This document shows positions 41,068 through 50,794 of a stretch of 64,000 nt of DNA, piece after piece. Source of the DNA: a virus. The DNA lies in the IMG/VR virus record IMGVR_UViG_3300020055_000004, one strand, 5' to 3'. The notes under the pieces were generated by a model. The model was not told the origin of the DNA, did no database searches, and saw only the letters and a list, made by a program, of their open reading frames with translations. Position 1 is the stretch's first letter. Each line of letters starts with the position of its first letter. The position numbers and the translations under genes were made by a program.

Positions 41068-42094
41068 TCAACATTTTGGAGTTAGAAATGATTCTATCCA
41101 ATTTCATGAATACTATAAAAAGTTTTACGAAGAGTTCTTCTTTCCGACACTAGAAAAACAAGGCGTTAAAACTATTATCGAGCTTGGCGATATTTTTGAT
41201 CGCCGCAAGTTCGTTAACTATGATACTCTTTATCGTTGTCGTGATTATTTCTTCGATCCTATCATAAAGAATAATTTAGAATTACATTGCATCATTGGTA
41301 ATCATGACGTTTATTTTAAAAATACCAATAGAGTCAATGCACCTACACTATTAATAGATGAAGAAAATATTCACATATATGATGAGCCTACTATCTTTCA
41401 CGCAGATGGTCTCAATATTTTATTCATGCCTTGGATCAACAATTCAAACTATGAAGAAGCAATGCACTATGTCGAAAATAGTGGGTGTAGTGTATGTATG
41501 GGCCATCTTGAACTGAAAGGCTTCGAGATGTATAAAGGTGCAGTGATTGATGCAGGTCTGCCTCATGGTACTTTTAAAAACTTTGATATGGTGATGTCAG
41601 GACACTTTCATCATAAGTCATCACGCGATAATGTGCACTATCTTGGTGCGCCATATGAGATGACATGGTCCGATTATAACGACGATCGAGGTTTCCATAT
41701 CTTTGACACCGATACAAAAGAGTTGACATATTTCAAAAATCCGTATACAATGTTTAATAAGATATACTACGATGACTTGGAAGGTGATAGCATTTTAGAT
41801 AAATCATTTGATCATCTTACCGATACGTACGTTAAACTTGTTGTTAAGAATAAAGATAATCCATATTTGTTTGACCTATTCGTCGACAAAGTTAACACAT
41901 CAAATCCTGCACATCTGCAGGTTGTAGAAGATAACTTTCATCTCGATCTCGAAGGTGATGATACGATTATAGATGAAGCAGAAGATACGATTACAATCAT
42001 TAATAAGTATATCGATAATCTTCAATTGAATGATGCAAAACCTATGAATGATTTATTTTATGATTTATATCATGAAGCTTTGAGTACTGAATGA
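41045..42094 (+). CDS. gp47: recombination endonuclease subunit gp47 (SbcD/Mre11-like)
   Basis: TDQHFG, GDIFD, GNHD, GHFH. Confidence 0.95.
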   Translation: MKIALITDQHFGVRNDSIQFHEYYKKFYEEFFFPTLEKQGVKTIIELGDIFDRRKFVNYDTLYRCRDYFFDPIIKNNLELHCIIGNHDVYFKNTNRVNAPTLLIDEENIHIYDEPTIFHADGLNILFMPWINNSNYEEAMHYVENSGCSVCMGHLELKGFEMYKGAVIDAGLPHGTFKNFDMVMSGHFHHKSSRDNVHYLGAPYEMTWSDYNDDRGFHIFDTDTKELTYFKNPYTMFNKIYYDDLEGDSILDKSFDHLTDTYVKLVVKNKDNPYLFDLFVDKVNTSNPAHLQVVEDNFHLDLEGDDTIIDEAEDTITIINKYIDNLQLNDAKPMNDLFYDLYHEALSTE

Positions 42095-42519
42095 CAATTA
42101 TAGCAACAGACAGATCATGCGGCGGTTGTGTTGGATGCTGTGATGGAACACTATCCTTTGATGAATTAACACAATCAGGTCAAAGACTAGTAGTGGGTGA
42201 TGACCGAAGCTGCTTTTATATGGCAAAAGACGAGGGTTGTGCTGGCTATGAAGATAGACCACAAAACTGTAAAGATTTTTTATGTGAATGGATGACAGAC
42301 TGGGGATTGCCAGAATTTGTAAAACCGTCGCGATCCGGTTTTATTGTTATTAATAAGCTAGGCGATCCTAATCAAGAATGCTATGTACTTATACAAACAT
42401 CTTCGTATAATATAGACCAAACAGCCCTGATATGGGTTCTTGGGTGGGCAAACGAAACAAAAAAAGATTTGATGATATCTACTAGAGCGACAGGTAGAAT
42501 ATTCTTCAAAAATACTTGA
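42091..42519 (+). CDS. CxxCxxCC (YkgJ-like) cysteine-cluster protein
   Basis: CGGCVGCC..C..GC..YEDRP..CKDFLC. Confidence 0.75.
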   Translation: MTIIATDRSCGGCVGCCDGTLSFDELTQSGQRLVVGDDRSCFYMAKDEGCAGYEDRPQNCKDFLCEWMTDWGLPEFVKPSRSGFIVINKLGDPNQECYVLIQTSSYNIDQTALIWVLGWANETKKDLMISTRATGRIFFKNT

Positions 42520-42525
42520 GGTAGT

Positions 42526-44226
42526 ATGTTATATTTTAAGAAAGTCCGCTGGCAGAATTTTCTTTCTACTGGCAATCAATTTACTGAGATTCTTCTCAAT
42601 AAATCACAATCAACTTTAATAGTCGGTGAGAATGGTGCTGGAAAATCAACGATGTTGGATGCAATCTCATTTGCATTATATGGTAAACCGTATCGTAATA
42701 TCAATAAGCCTCAGTTAGTCAATAGTATTACTAATAAAGGTGCACTCGTAGAGATTGAATTTTCAGTCAAAGGTAAAGATTATTTAGTTCGTCGTGGTAT
42801 CAAACCAGCCAGATTTGAGATTATATGTGATGGTGTTCTCCTCGATCAAAATGCAAGTGTAAGAGAATATCAAGAATATCTCGAGAAAAATATTCTTAAA
42901 CTCAATCATAAATCTTTTACACAGATTGTAGTTATTGGTTCTGCTAACTTTGTCCCATTCATGCAGATGAAAGTATGGGAACGTCGATCCATCATCGAAG
43001 ATTTACTTGATATTGAAATCTTTACGAAGATGTATAATGTACTCAAAGAAAGAATCTCGGCCAATAAAGACGAAGTCATCTCAGCCAAATATAAGATCGA
43101 TCTACTCGATGAAAAGATTACATTAACACGAAAACATCTCAATGAAATTGCATCGATGAAAAAGTCAGATCGCGATGCCAAACTTAAACAGATTGCAGAA
43201 CTCGAGAAAAAATTAATTCAATCCCGCGGTCAACATGAATTGTTTACTAGTCAAATTAAAGAAATGCAAGACAGTATTTCTGACTCAAAGAAGACTCACG
43301 ATAAAAAACAAAAACTAGCTCATCTTAAATTTCAATTAGAACATAAAGTAAAATCTATACAAGATGAAATTACTTTCTTTGAAAACCATGACGATTGTCC
43401 AACATGTACACAAACAATCGGCGATCTTATTAAGCAGCGCGCTATAGATGATAAGACCACAAAACAAAAAGAAATTGAACAAGCTGTGACTGATATGTCT
43501 TCTCACTTTAACGAAGTCGAAGAACGATTGGCATATGTTGATAAAGTACAGCACGCGATCTCAGCTGCCAATCAAGAGTTAATGAATATTAATAGTGAGA
43601 TCATGACAACCACTAACTCTATTGAGGCAGTCAAATCGAGTATAGGTGATAAGATAATCGAAGAACCAAAAGATGATCTCGATTCTCTCAATAAGGATTT
43701 AAATGATGCAAAAACAAAACACGAATCGTTACTATATCAGAAAGAACTTTTCGATCGCGCTACATCTTTATTGAAAGATGGTGGTATCAAAGCCAAGATC
43801 ATTCGACAATATGTGCCAATCATTAACAAATTGATGAACAAATATTTGGCAGCAATGGAGTTCTTTGTACAATTCGAGTTAGATGATCAATTTAATGAGA
43901 AGATCAAGTCCAGATTTCGTGATGAGTTTACGTACGATTCTTTTAGTGAAGGAGAGAAGATGCGTATTGACTTATCACTCCTTTTTACATGGAGAGCAGT
44001 GGCTAAGCTACGCAATTCTACGACCACCAATTTATTGATTATGGACGAGGTGTTTGATAGCTCGCTTGATACTACAGGTACCGATGAGTTTATGAAACTC
44101 ATTACTCAATTAACACAAGACACCAATGTCTTTGTTATCAGTCATAAGGGTGATCAACTCTTTGACAAATTCCATAGTAATATTCGCTTTGAGAAAGTGA
44201 AGAATTTTTCACAAATAGCAGCATAG
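42526..44226 (+). CDS. gp46: recombination endonuclease subunit gp46 (SbcC/Rad50-like)
   Basis: GENGAGKST, CPTC hook, FSEGEK, MDEVFD, SH. Confidence 0.96.
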   Translation: MLYFKKVRWQNFLSTGNQFTEILLNKSQSTLIVGENGAGKSTMLDAISFALYGKPYRNINKPQLVNSITNKGALVEIEFSVKGKDYLVRRGIKPARFEIICDGVLLDQNASVREYQEYLEKNILKLNHKSFTQIVVIGSANFVPFMQMKVWERRSIIEDLLDIEIFTKMYNVLKERISANKDEVISAKYKIDLLDEKITLTRKHLNEIASMKKSDRDAKLKQIAELEKKLIQSRGQHELFTSQIKEMQDSISDSKKTHDKKQKLAHLKFQLEHKVKSIQDEITFFENHDDCPTCTQTIGDLIKQRAIDDKTTKQKEIEQAVTDMSSHFNEVEERLAYVDKVQHAISAANQELMNINSEIMTTTNSIEAVKSSIGDKIIEEPKDDLDSLNKDLNDAKTKHESLLYQKELFDRATSLLKDGGIKAKIIRQYVPIINKLMNKYLAAMEFFVQFELDDQFNEKIKSRFRDEFTYDSFSEGEKMRIDLSLLFTWRAVAKLRNSTTTNLLIMDEVFDSSLDTTGTDEFMKLITQLTQDTNVFVISHKGDQLFDKFHSNIRFEKVKNFSQIAA

Positions 44227-44236
44227 GTATAATATA

Positions 44237-44428
44237 ATGTTTAAGATCTATACAAAAACACACAGCCACGACAACTGGAATGTAGTCATCGATGTTAAAA
44301 AAAGTAAAACACAAATTGTCGAACGTATATTTGCAAATCAAGAAGAAGTTGATGGTTTTATCAGAGTAGCTCTTAAAGGTAAACCAGAAGAACATATTAA
44401 AGTGGAGTCGTTTGATGGCGAAGAATGA
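44237..44428 (+). CDS. small hypothetical protein
   Basis: 63-aa ORF in operon packing. Confidence 0.45.
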   Translation: MFKIYTKTHSHDNWNVVIDVKKSKTQIVERIFANQEEVDGFIRVALKGKPEEHIKVESFDGEE

Positions 44429-44657
44429 TAAGTGGAACGGTGAAGCAGATCCAATCGGAGATGTAGTATTCGAAAGAATTATGCAACTATATAATGGTGA
44501 AAGAGTTGAAAAACCTTTACATTATCCCTCGATTGATGTAGAATGGTTAATTAAGGATATGAGAAGTATATGTGAACAGTGTTGGTTTCTAGACATTTCA
44601 CTAAAACAGCTCATGGATATGGTATATGATGAAATCGCAGGTATAAAAGATGAGTAA
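44415..44657 (+). CDS. small hypothetical protein
   Basis: GGAG SD; overlaps both neighbours. Confidence 0.45.
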   Translation: MAKNDKWNGEADPIGDVVFERIMQLYNGERVEKPLHYPSIDVEWLIKDMRSICEQCWFLDISLKQLMDMVYDEIAGIKDE

Positions 44658-45063
44658 AGATTGGGCAAGTGATATCGCATCCATGCATGATAAGTATGGT
44701 GTCCGCGAGTGGGTAAAGAATAATCCTGAGAAGTTGAAAGAGTTTCTCGCATTTCGTTTGAAGTTTGTACAAGAAGAATTCCAAGAAACATTGGAAGCTG
44801 CAGTCAATAATGATCCAGAAGAGCTGGTAGATGGTCTGATCGATCTTTGTGTTGTTGCAATAGGTACCCTTGATGCATTTGGTATCGATGCTCACAAAGC
44901 TTGGGATGTGGTCTATGCAGCTAATATGGCCAAAGAGATTGGTGTTAAAGAATCTCGGCCGAATCCACTTGGTCTACCAGATCTAGTCAAGCCAGAAGGA
45001 TGGCAAACACCATCACATGCCGGCAATCATGGTATCTGGGAAGAGATGGCCAAGTCTGAATAA
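44650..45063 (+). CDS. all-alpha NTP pyrophosphohydrolase (MazG/PRA-PH-like), candidate dCTPase
   Basis: EEFQE..ELVDGLIDL..ANMAK..DLVKPEGW. Confidence 0.8.
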   Translation: MSKDWASDIASMHDKYGVREWVKNNPEKLKEFLAFRLKFVQEEFQETLEAAVNNDPEELVDGLIDLCVVAIGTLDAFGIDAHKAWDVVYAANMAKEIGVKESRPNPLGLPDLVKPEGWQTPSHAGNHGIWEEMAKSE

Positions 45064-45067
45064 AGCA

Positions 45068-45096
45068 TGTACATGTGTCTCGTTTTATAGTAGAAT
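45068..45096 (+). promoter_or_regulatory. sigma70-like promoter TGTACA-N17-TAGAAT
   Basis: motif and spacing; heads the DNA-modification operon. Confidence 0.75.
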
Positions 45097-45123
45097 ATAA
45101 TCTTCACACACAGGAAATATATT

Positions 45124-45771
45124 ATGAATTATCAAATTGCTTATCAGGAACTCGGCGCCACTAAATTTTTACGTACTCATGGTCGCGATGTAGTAGAAAT
45201 CCTAGGACATAATGTTACTGTAAATAAAATCAATCGGTTTTTAGGTTCTCGTGGTAGTAATGTCTCGGATTTCTTTTGGCGAAATCGAAATCGATTGCAC
45301 ATCTATGGCATGTCTGTCGTCCAAGTAAATGAGAAATGCCGAATTAAAATTAATGCTATTGGCCCCCGCGGCAACGTATTAAATTTTGTTGAAAATACTA
45401 ATAAGCAACCTAATAAATTGGAGCCAGAAATGAAAGAATCTCTTAAGGTTCTGCAAGAATGTGCTGAAGTACAAGTTAAAAAGTCAAACGACTATCAAAA
45501 TGAATTCTCCCGCATTCGTCAAGCAGATTACTATCCTCGTGGTATCGCAACCATTACAGATCTAATCTATGCTAAAGTTCTTCGTATGCAATCAGTCATT
45601 GAAGCTAGTGAACGAGATCCTAACTATGAACCGAACTTCGAATCAATCGAAGATTCAGCTAAAGATCTAATCAACTATGCATCTTTTGTTGTTGCATATA
45701 TGCGTGGTAAGATGGATGGACAAGAATCTAACCGTGACTTTCTTAATAGGATCGTAAATGATTCAGAATAA
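45124..45771 (+). CDS. nucleotide-modification-associated domain (Nmad1/DUF1599-like) with N-terminal extension
   Basis: KKSNDY..K..R..ESIEDSAKDLINYA; internal GGAG+ATG at 45430. Confidence 0.7.
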   Translation: MNYQIAYQELGATKFLRTHGRDVVEILGHNVTVNKINRFLGSRGSNVSDFFWRNRNRLHIYGMSVVQVNEKCRIKINAIGPRGNVLNFVENTNKQPNKLEPEMKESLKVLQECAEVQVKKSNDYQNEFSRIRQADYYPRGIATITDLIYAKVLRMQSVIEASERDPNYEPNFESIEDSAKDLINYASFVVAYMRGKMDGQESNRDFLNRIVNDSE

Positions 45772-46435
45772 AGTAGAAGACATTCGTTGTTACTTTAAAC
45801 AAGCTCTTCACGAGAAACGTTTCACCACAGATAAGACTGGTCAAAAGACTATAGAACTTATTGGTGCTTCATTTCTCGCTGACGAGCCATCTATCTTTGG
45901 TAAACCGAATCAAAAATATATCAAGGCCGAAATCCAGTGGTATATGTCTCAGTCTACCAATATTAATGACATATATAGTAGAGATCGTAAACCACCAGAA
46001 GCATGGCAATATAGTGCTGATGCAAATGGTGAAATCAATTCTAATTACGGCTATCTCATTTATAACGAACGCTTTGGTAATCAATATAAGCAAGTTCGTG
46101 ATGAGATGATGAAGAATCCATACGGTCGCCGTGGTACTATGATCTACAATCGACCATCAATATGGCACGAGTACAACGAGGGTGGCAAGTCAGACTTTAT
46201 TTGTACCAATGCTGTAAGCTACTATCTTCGAGATCATAAGCTACATGCAGTGGTTCAGATGCGCTCTAATGATGTAGTCTTTGGTTATAAGAATGACTAT
46301 GCATGGCAACGATTTGTACTTGAAAATCTTGCATATGATATTAGCCTACCACAACACGATGTTGGTGTTGGTACAATCACGTGGCAAGTACAAAATCTTC
46401 ACGTATATGAACGACACTTTGATTTGGTAGAATGA
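45758..46435 (+). CDS. gp42: dCMP hydroxymethylase
   Basis: DKTGQKTIELIGASFLADEP, GEINSNYG, DFICTN, MRSNDVVFGYKNDYAWQ, LHVYERHF closely follow T4 gp42 as recalled, including the cytosine-specifying Asp. Confidence 0.9.
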   Translation: MIQNKVEDIRCYFKQALHEKRFTTDKTGQKTIELIGASFLADEPSIFGKPNQKYIKAEIQWYMSQSTNINDIYSRDRKPPEAWQYSADANGEINSNYGYLIYNERFGNQYKQVRDEMMKNPYGRRGTMIYNRPSIWHEYNEGGKSDFICTNAVSYYLRDHKLHAVVQMRSNDVVFGYKNDYAWQRFVLENLAYDISLPQHDVGVGTITWQVQNLHVYERHFDLVE

Positions 46436-46848
46436 GAGTAGGATTTACTGCTTCAGCATTTGATCTATTACACGCCGGACATGTCTCAATGCTAAGAGAG
46501 GCAAAGACACAGTGTGACTATTTGATTTGTGGTTTACAAGTAGATCCTGGTCTCGATCGATTAGAGAAAAACAAACCAATACAAACTTTACCGGAAAGAT
46601 ATATACAATTGTCAGCTGTAAAATATGTTGATGAGATTATACCTTATGAAACAGAAATTGATTTGAAGGATATCTTAGAAACATTAAAAATCGATGTACG
46701 TATTCTTGGTGACGAGTATCGTAATCTAGATTTTACTGGCAAAGAGATATGCCAACAACGTGGCATTGAATTATATTTCAATCAACGAGATCATAGGTTT
46801 TCAACAAGTGATCTAAGAAAAAGAGTAACGTTATGTACGGAGTCTTAA
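46432..46848 (+). CDS. cytidylyltransferase (TagD/glycerol-3-phosphate CT-like)
   Basis: FTASAFDLLHAGH (HxGH), YVDEII, STSDLR. Confidence 0.85.
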   Translation: MRVGFTASAFDLLHAGHVSMLREAKTQCDYLICGLQVDPGLDRLEKNKPIQTLPERYIQLSAVKYVDEIIPYETEIDLKDILETLKIDVRILGDEYRNLDFTGKEICQQRGIELYFNQRDHRFSTSDLRKRVTLCTES

Positions 46849-47309
46849 TTGGTATTATACTTGCACTTGGTGGTGCAGGTTATTGGTACTATGATACAAC
46901 ACAGGCCGAACTTATATATTTAAAAACACATAATGCTGCACTCGAGTCTGCAATTGAAACTCAAAAGGAAACATTGAATCAAATGCAAGAAGCAGCTGAA
47001 CTTCAAAGTAAATCTATCAATGAGTTAACGGTTGCCAATCAACAAGCAGAACAAGAGATGAATCGCTATCTCAGTATCTTTGCTCGTCATGATCTAACGA
47101 GGCTCGCGGCTGCTAAGCCAGGACTAATTGAAACAAGAGTAAACAGAGGAACGAAAGATGTATTCGACAGCATTGAAAATGCTTCTCGTGCTATCGATCT
47201 CCTTGACGACGGGGTGCAGCTTTCTGCGAACTCCGGAGCCGGAGGTAGTGATACAAACGAAAGTAGTACGAGTGCCGATAACACAACCGATTCTACCTCG
47301 GGAAATTGA
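46833..47309 (+). CDS. i-spanin (Rz-like)
   Basis: N-terminal TM helix then coiled coil; overlapped by a lipoprotein gene. Confidence 0.7.
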   Translation: MYGVLIGIILALGGAGYWYYDTTQAELIYLKTHNAALESAIETQKETLNQMQEAAELQSKSINELTVANQQAEQEMNRYLSIFARHDLTRLAAAKPGLIETRVNRGTKDVFDSIENASRAIDLLDDGVQLSANSGAGGSDTNESSTSADNTTDSTSGN

Positions 47310-47547
47310 ACTTCGTGATCCTCAGTTCTATGTCGTATCGGCAAAGAATTTAGACGAGTTTATTGCGCGAGTAGAAAAAGAGTCAGGACAAGTTGTATTC
47401 ATCGCGATGAGCGTTGCAGATTACGAATTGATGTCCTATAATATGCAAGAAATCAAACGATATGTACAGCAGATGCAAGATGTGGTAGTATATTATCGTA
47501 GGGTAGTTGAAGACAACAATTCGAAAGTAGATGATAACAACAACTAG
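47158..47547 (+). CDS. o-spanin (Rz1-like lipoprotein)
   Basis: LLVLSISLTTG-C lipobox, Pro-rich segment; +1 frame overlap with the i-spanin. Confidence 0.7.
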   Translation: MYSTALKMLLVLSISLTTGCSFLRTPEPEVVIQTKVVRVPITQPILPREIELRDPQFYVVSAKNLDEFIARVEKESGQVVFIAMSVADYELMSYNMQEIKRYVQQMQDVVVYYRRVVEDNNSKVDDNNN

Positions 47548-48712
47548 ATATTATGATGAGTTTATAAGGTACTTTAATTTAGCCTCTAAACAACAAGAGC
47601 TATGTAATGTATCTAATAAAGAACCTTATGGGATGATCGCACACAAAGATTCGAATCTTGGTGATGATCTCATGGAGAATGTTGAATTGTATGATGTAGT
47701 CGAGCGTAAGTATGCTGGCTTCTCACAAATTATTAATGATTGCTTTTATGGATGGACTGAAGATCATCCATATTGGAAAAAGATGGAGGCGGGTGTGTGC
47801 ACTCGCCAACGAGAGACCGTTGCCAAAGACTGGACCGGTAAACACAACGTATTCTCTCTTCCTGAATGGCTGTATATTTTTATACTCCATCGGGTAACCG
47901 GTTCAGCAATTAACTATGCCCAAAAACCATCGGGCTATTATAACACCATACTATTCAATCTACATCAATGTGATACGATTGAAGAAATGGTGCAGCTGGT
48001 GAAACACTACCCGGTATCCTTTTATACTTCAGTCGGATACCAGTTCCCAGCATTTCCAAAACCAGTCGGTGACTATCGAAAGGGCGGCGACTATTACCTT
48101 GGTGAGTTCGCCCCAAGGCTGGCTCGAGATCTCGCGGACCATTTGACGATGGGTCCTAAAAAGGACCTTCGCGAGATTGGAGAGTTTATGCTGAAGTGGA
48201 ACGAGGACAACGGCCTTCGACGCTATCAGTTTCAGTACGCAGCAGTAGTGGCTGACGTCGCCGACTGGTTTCCCCAATATGTGAACCGTGAGAGCATGTT
48301 CTATTACGGTACAAATGCAGTAGAATGTATTTCATACCTCGCTTTTCCAGAAAAGAGGATGAAGAAAGAGTTGTTCCTTGATGCCGTCATGACAAAAATA
48401 TATGATGATACAGGAAGTGTACCATATAATGCCGAAGATGTATGTTGTGACTTCATTCGTTATGTTGAGAATTATGTCCGGCCAGGTCCGGATTATGATC
48501 ATCTAGATTATGATACCCTGTGGTCGTCATGCGGCATCAAGGATCACCCCTATGGCCGCCAGAAGTATATGCTAGATTTGGGTTTGGTAAATACTTTTAA
48601 TGGCATGAAAAATCATCCATCTGATGACTTCATTTTGAAGAAAAACAATATGACTGCTGAAGAGTATCAACATAATGTAAATGCGAGGCTCCGATACAAT
48701 GAAAATTTTTGA
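47531..48712 (+). CDS. amino acid:DNA transferase-like protein (aGPT-Pplase / HhH-glycosylase fold), paralog A
   Basis: AAVVADV..YYGTNAVECISYL..AEDVCCDFIRY resembles the GPGA..GL..E..LCE..K motifs; context. Confidence 0.55.
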   Translation: MITTTRYYDEFIRYFNLASKQQELCNVSNKEPYGMIAHKDSNLGDDLMENVELYDVVERKYAGFSQIINDCFYGWTEDHPYWKKMEAGVCTRQRETVAKDWTGKHNVFSLPEWLYIFILHRVTGSAINYAQKPSGYYNTILFNLHQCDTIEEMVQLVKHYPVSFYTSVGYQFPAFPKPVGDYRKGGDYYLGEFAPRLARDLADHLTMGPKKDLREIGEFMLKWNEDNGLRRYQFQYAAVVADVADWFPQYVNRESMFYYGTNAVECISYLAFPEKRMKKELFLDAVMTKIYDDTGSVPYNAEDVCCDFIRYVENYVRPGPDYDHLDYDTLWSSCGIKDHPYGRQKYMLDLGLVNTFNGMKNHPSDDFILKKNNMTAEEYQHNVNARLRYNENF

Positions 48713-48959
48713 TTTAGAACAACAGATCTTAGATTGTTGGAAAGTAACTGACGACATTGATTTGGTGACAAAACATTTTGTTGATAGTCCAGAATGGGAA
48801 GGCATTGATCCAAAAGTTTGTGATGCGCTGATGAACAAGTATTTTGCTATCAAAGAACTGTATGAATTGAAGTTCAATGAGATGTGGGAATCCTTTGAGA
48901 CAGTATGTAAAGAATATCATGAGGCAAGAAAAAATGACGCTGACTCACTTTCTAGGTGA
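48699..48959 (+). CDS. small hypothetical protein
   Basis: FDLEQQILDCWKVTDDI; GAGG SD. Confidence 0.55.
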   Translation: MKIFDLEQQILDCWKVTDDIDLVTKHFVDSPEWEGIDPKVCDALMNKYFAIKELYELKFNEMWESFETVCKEYHEARKNDADSLSR

Positions 48960-49926
48960 ACATGATAATGATATTCAATACAATAATATCGCTGAAGTAG
49001 ATTACAAAAACGGCAAACCAACATCATCGTGGCTAAAAGACTGGTGCCAAGAAGCTCGAACGAATAAGTTCTTCGAGTTTTGTCGTGCCTATGACGAGCG
49101 TAAAGACTTCCTGCTCAAGAATAACTATCAACAGTTCTCACATCGTTTGCACTGGCATGAGTGCCCGTTTGTCGAGGAAATGGCACAATTAAAAGATCGT
49201 GCCAAATTAATCGAAGGATGTGTCCTGTTTTCTTTTAGCAACGAGCATTGGCAAACATTTAGAGCATGGAAAGATCATGGCTATGATGGCATGAAGGTAC
49301 GGTTCTCGAATTATCGGCATGCACGTTCTGATCTCTTTCAGATCTATTATCCAAAAGATACCAAAGTCAAAGATTGGTTGATTGAAACACCAGCTCGTGT
49401 AGCAATTGAACTAGATGCGATGTTTGATGGCATGAGACGACCAATGACGATGATGGAGTTCGCCAAGAAGATGAATATCATCATGGTACGCGATTTTGGT
49501 TTTCGTAATGCCATGTATCCGTCAAAGAATGCAGCACGCCATGTTGCAATGAGTCATCCTGAATGGGTTGATCCTGACTCATTCTTACATGGCGGAACGG
49601 GATACTTCGATGGTCTATCACAAATCTTTGACTGTCCACATCTCATGTCAAAATCAAAGTATGAGATCGATGAGAATGGTGAATACGTACCAATGAATAA
49701 GTGGGCAGAGATGCAGGTCCAACACATGGACTATCTAAAGAATCATCCTAGCAATCCGATTCATACACATCAGTATCTCAACTTAGAAGACAAATTGTGT
49801 ATGCATTATAAATTTATGTCGATGAAACTTGGTTCCAAAAAACAGACAAAAATGATACCATATAACTGGGTGTATCCAGACAATTGGTCACTAAAAACAA
49901 ATAGGTACGATCGTGTCACACAATAA
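48934..49926 (+). CDS. amino acid:DNA transferase-like protein, paralog B
   Basis: NAARHVA..HGGTGYFDGLSQIF..LEDKLCMHYKF parallels the motifs of 47531. Confidence 0.5.
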   Translation: MTLTHFLGEHDNDIQYNNIAEVDYKNGKPTSSWLKDWCQEARTNKFFEFCRAYDERKDFLLKNNYQQFSHRLHWHECPFVEEMAQLKDRAKLIEGCVLFSFSNEHWQTFRAWKDHGYDGMKVRFSNYRHARSDLFQIYYPKDTKVKDWLIETPARVAIELDAMFDGMRRPMTMMEFAKKMNIIMVRDFGFRNAMYPSKNAARHVAMSHPEWVDPDSFLHGGTGYFDGLSQIFDCPHLMSKSKYEIDENGEYVPMNKWAEMQVQHMDYLKNHPSNPIHTHQYLNLEDKLCMHYKFMSMKLGSKKQTKMIPYNWVYPDNWSLKTNRYDRVTQ

Positions 49927-50794
49927 TCATGTAATCGATGGCGTTAATAAAGACGTAGGAGTTTTTGGCTATGAAGCAGCAAGAGAATATTATCTATCTT
50001 TGTGCGAAGGATGGGAACCGTACAACCCCGAACCGGTTGTACGAGAACACGATGGCATTCGAGTCGTACGAGATGACCTTATCGTGGGGACAAAAGCGAG
50101 AGCTGGAGATCTCCTTGCAAGTCGATGCCCCTCAGACACAATTGTATACTGTCAACCTCGCACCGGACTCGCCGGAGTTTCCATATTGGACTGTGCAAAA
50201 CGATATAATAAAGACGTAATACTATTCATGCCATCGTCTCAGCGCGTCTCTTTACATCAGGCATGCTGCATTGAACGTGGCGCTAAACCTATCTTTAAAC
50301 GTATCGCCGCTATGCCAAATTTAAACAAAGCAGCTAAAGAATATGCAGAGAAACACGGATACTTTTTTGTCCCACTCGGACTTAGACATGAATTGGCGAC
50401 TGCAGCTATAGTACACACTGCTATACAAATACCAGAACCTGAAGAAGTATATGTGGCTACATCGACAGGTGTACTTAGTAGGGCATTGCAAATCGCGTGG
50501 CCAAGAGCTAAGTTTACGAGTATCGCAGTGGCGAGGAATCTTAAAGCCGGAGAATTAGGAAGAGCAGATGTCATATCAGAACCACTCGCTTTTACAGCAT
50601 CTGAAAAGAAACAAAATTTACCTCCATTTCCTTCGATTGATACGTACGATGGAAAAGTCTGGAAGTACATTCCAAAAAACACGGGTCGGGATATTCTGTT
50701 TTGGAATGTTGGTACTGAACCTAGTTTACAAGACCATAACATATATGATAGAATAGATTCATATCGCGATTGGGAGAAAAAAGATGTTGCGTAG
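49913..50794 (+). CDS. PLP-dependent enzyme, fold type II (phage DNA-modification type)
   Basis: VRDDLIVGTKAR (Schiff-base Lys), VATSTG, DTYDGK, FWNVG. Confidence 0.8.
   Translation: MSHNNHVIDGVNKDVGVFGYEAAREYYLSLCEGWEPYNPEPVVREHDGIRVVRDDLIVGTKARAGDLLASRCPSDTIVYCQPRTGLAGVSILDCAKRYNKDVILFMPSSQRVSLHQACCIERGAKPIFKRIAAMPNLNKAAKEYAEKHGYFFVPLGLRHELATAAIVHTAIQIPEPEEVYVATSTGVLSRALQIAWPRAKFTSIAVARNLKAGELGRADVISEPLAFTASEKKQNLPPFPSIDTYDGKVWKYIPKNTGRDILFWNVGTEPSLQDHNIYDRIDSYRDWEKKDVA

Noticed and set aside
45758-46435. thymidylate synthase or dUMP hydroxymethylase (5hmU pathway)
   Set aside because: the sequence tracks T4 gp42 and has Asp, not Asn, at the pyrimidine-specificity position
50257-50742. 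161-aa minus-strand ORF, and other minus-strand ORFs in the track
   Set aside because: antisense to well-supported + strand genes, with no recognisable motifs
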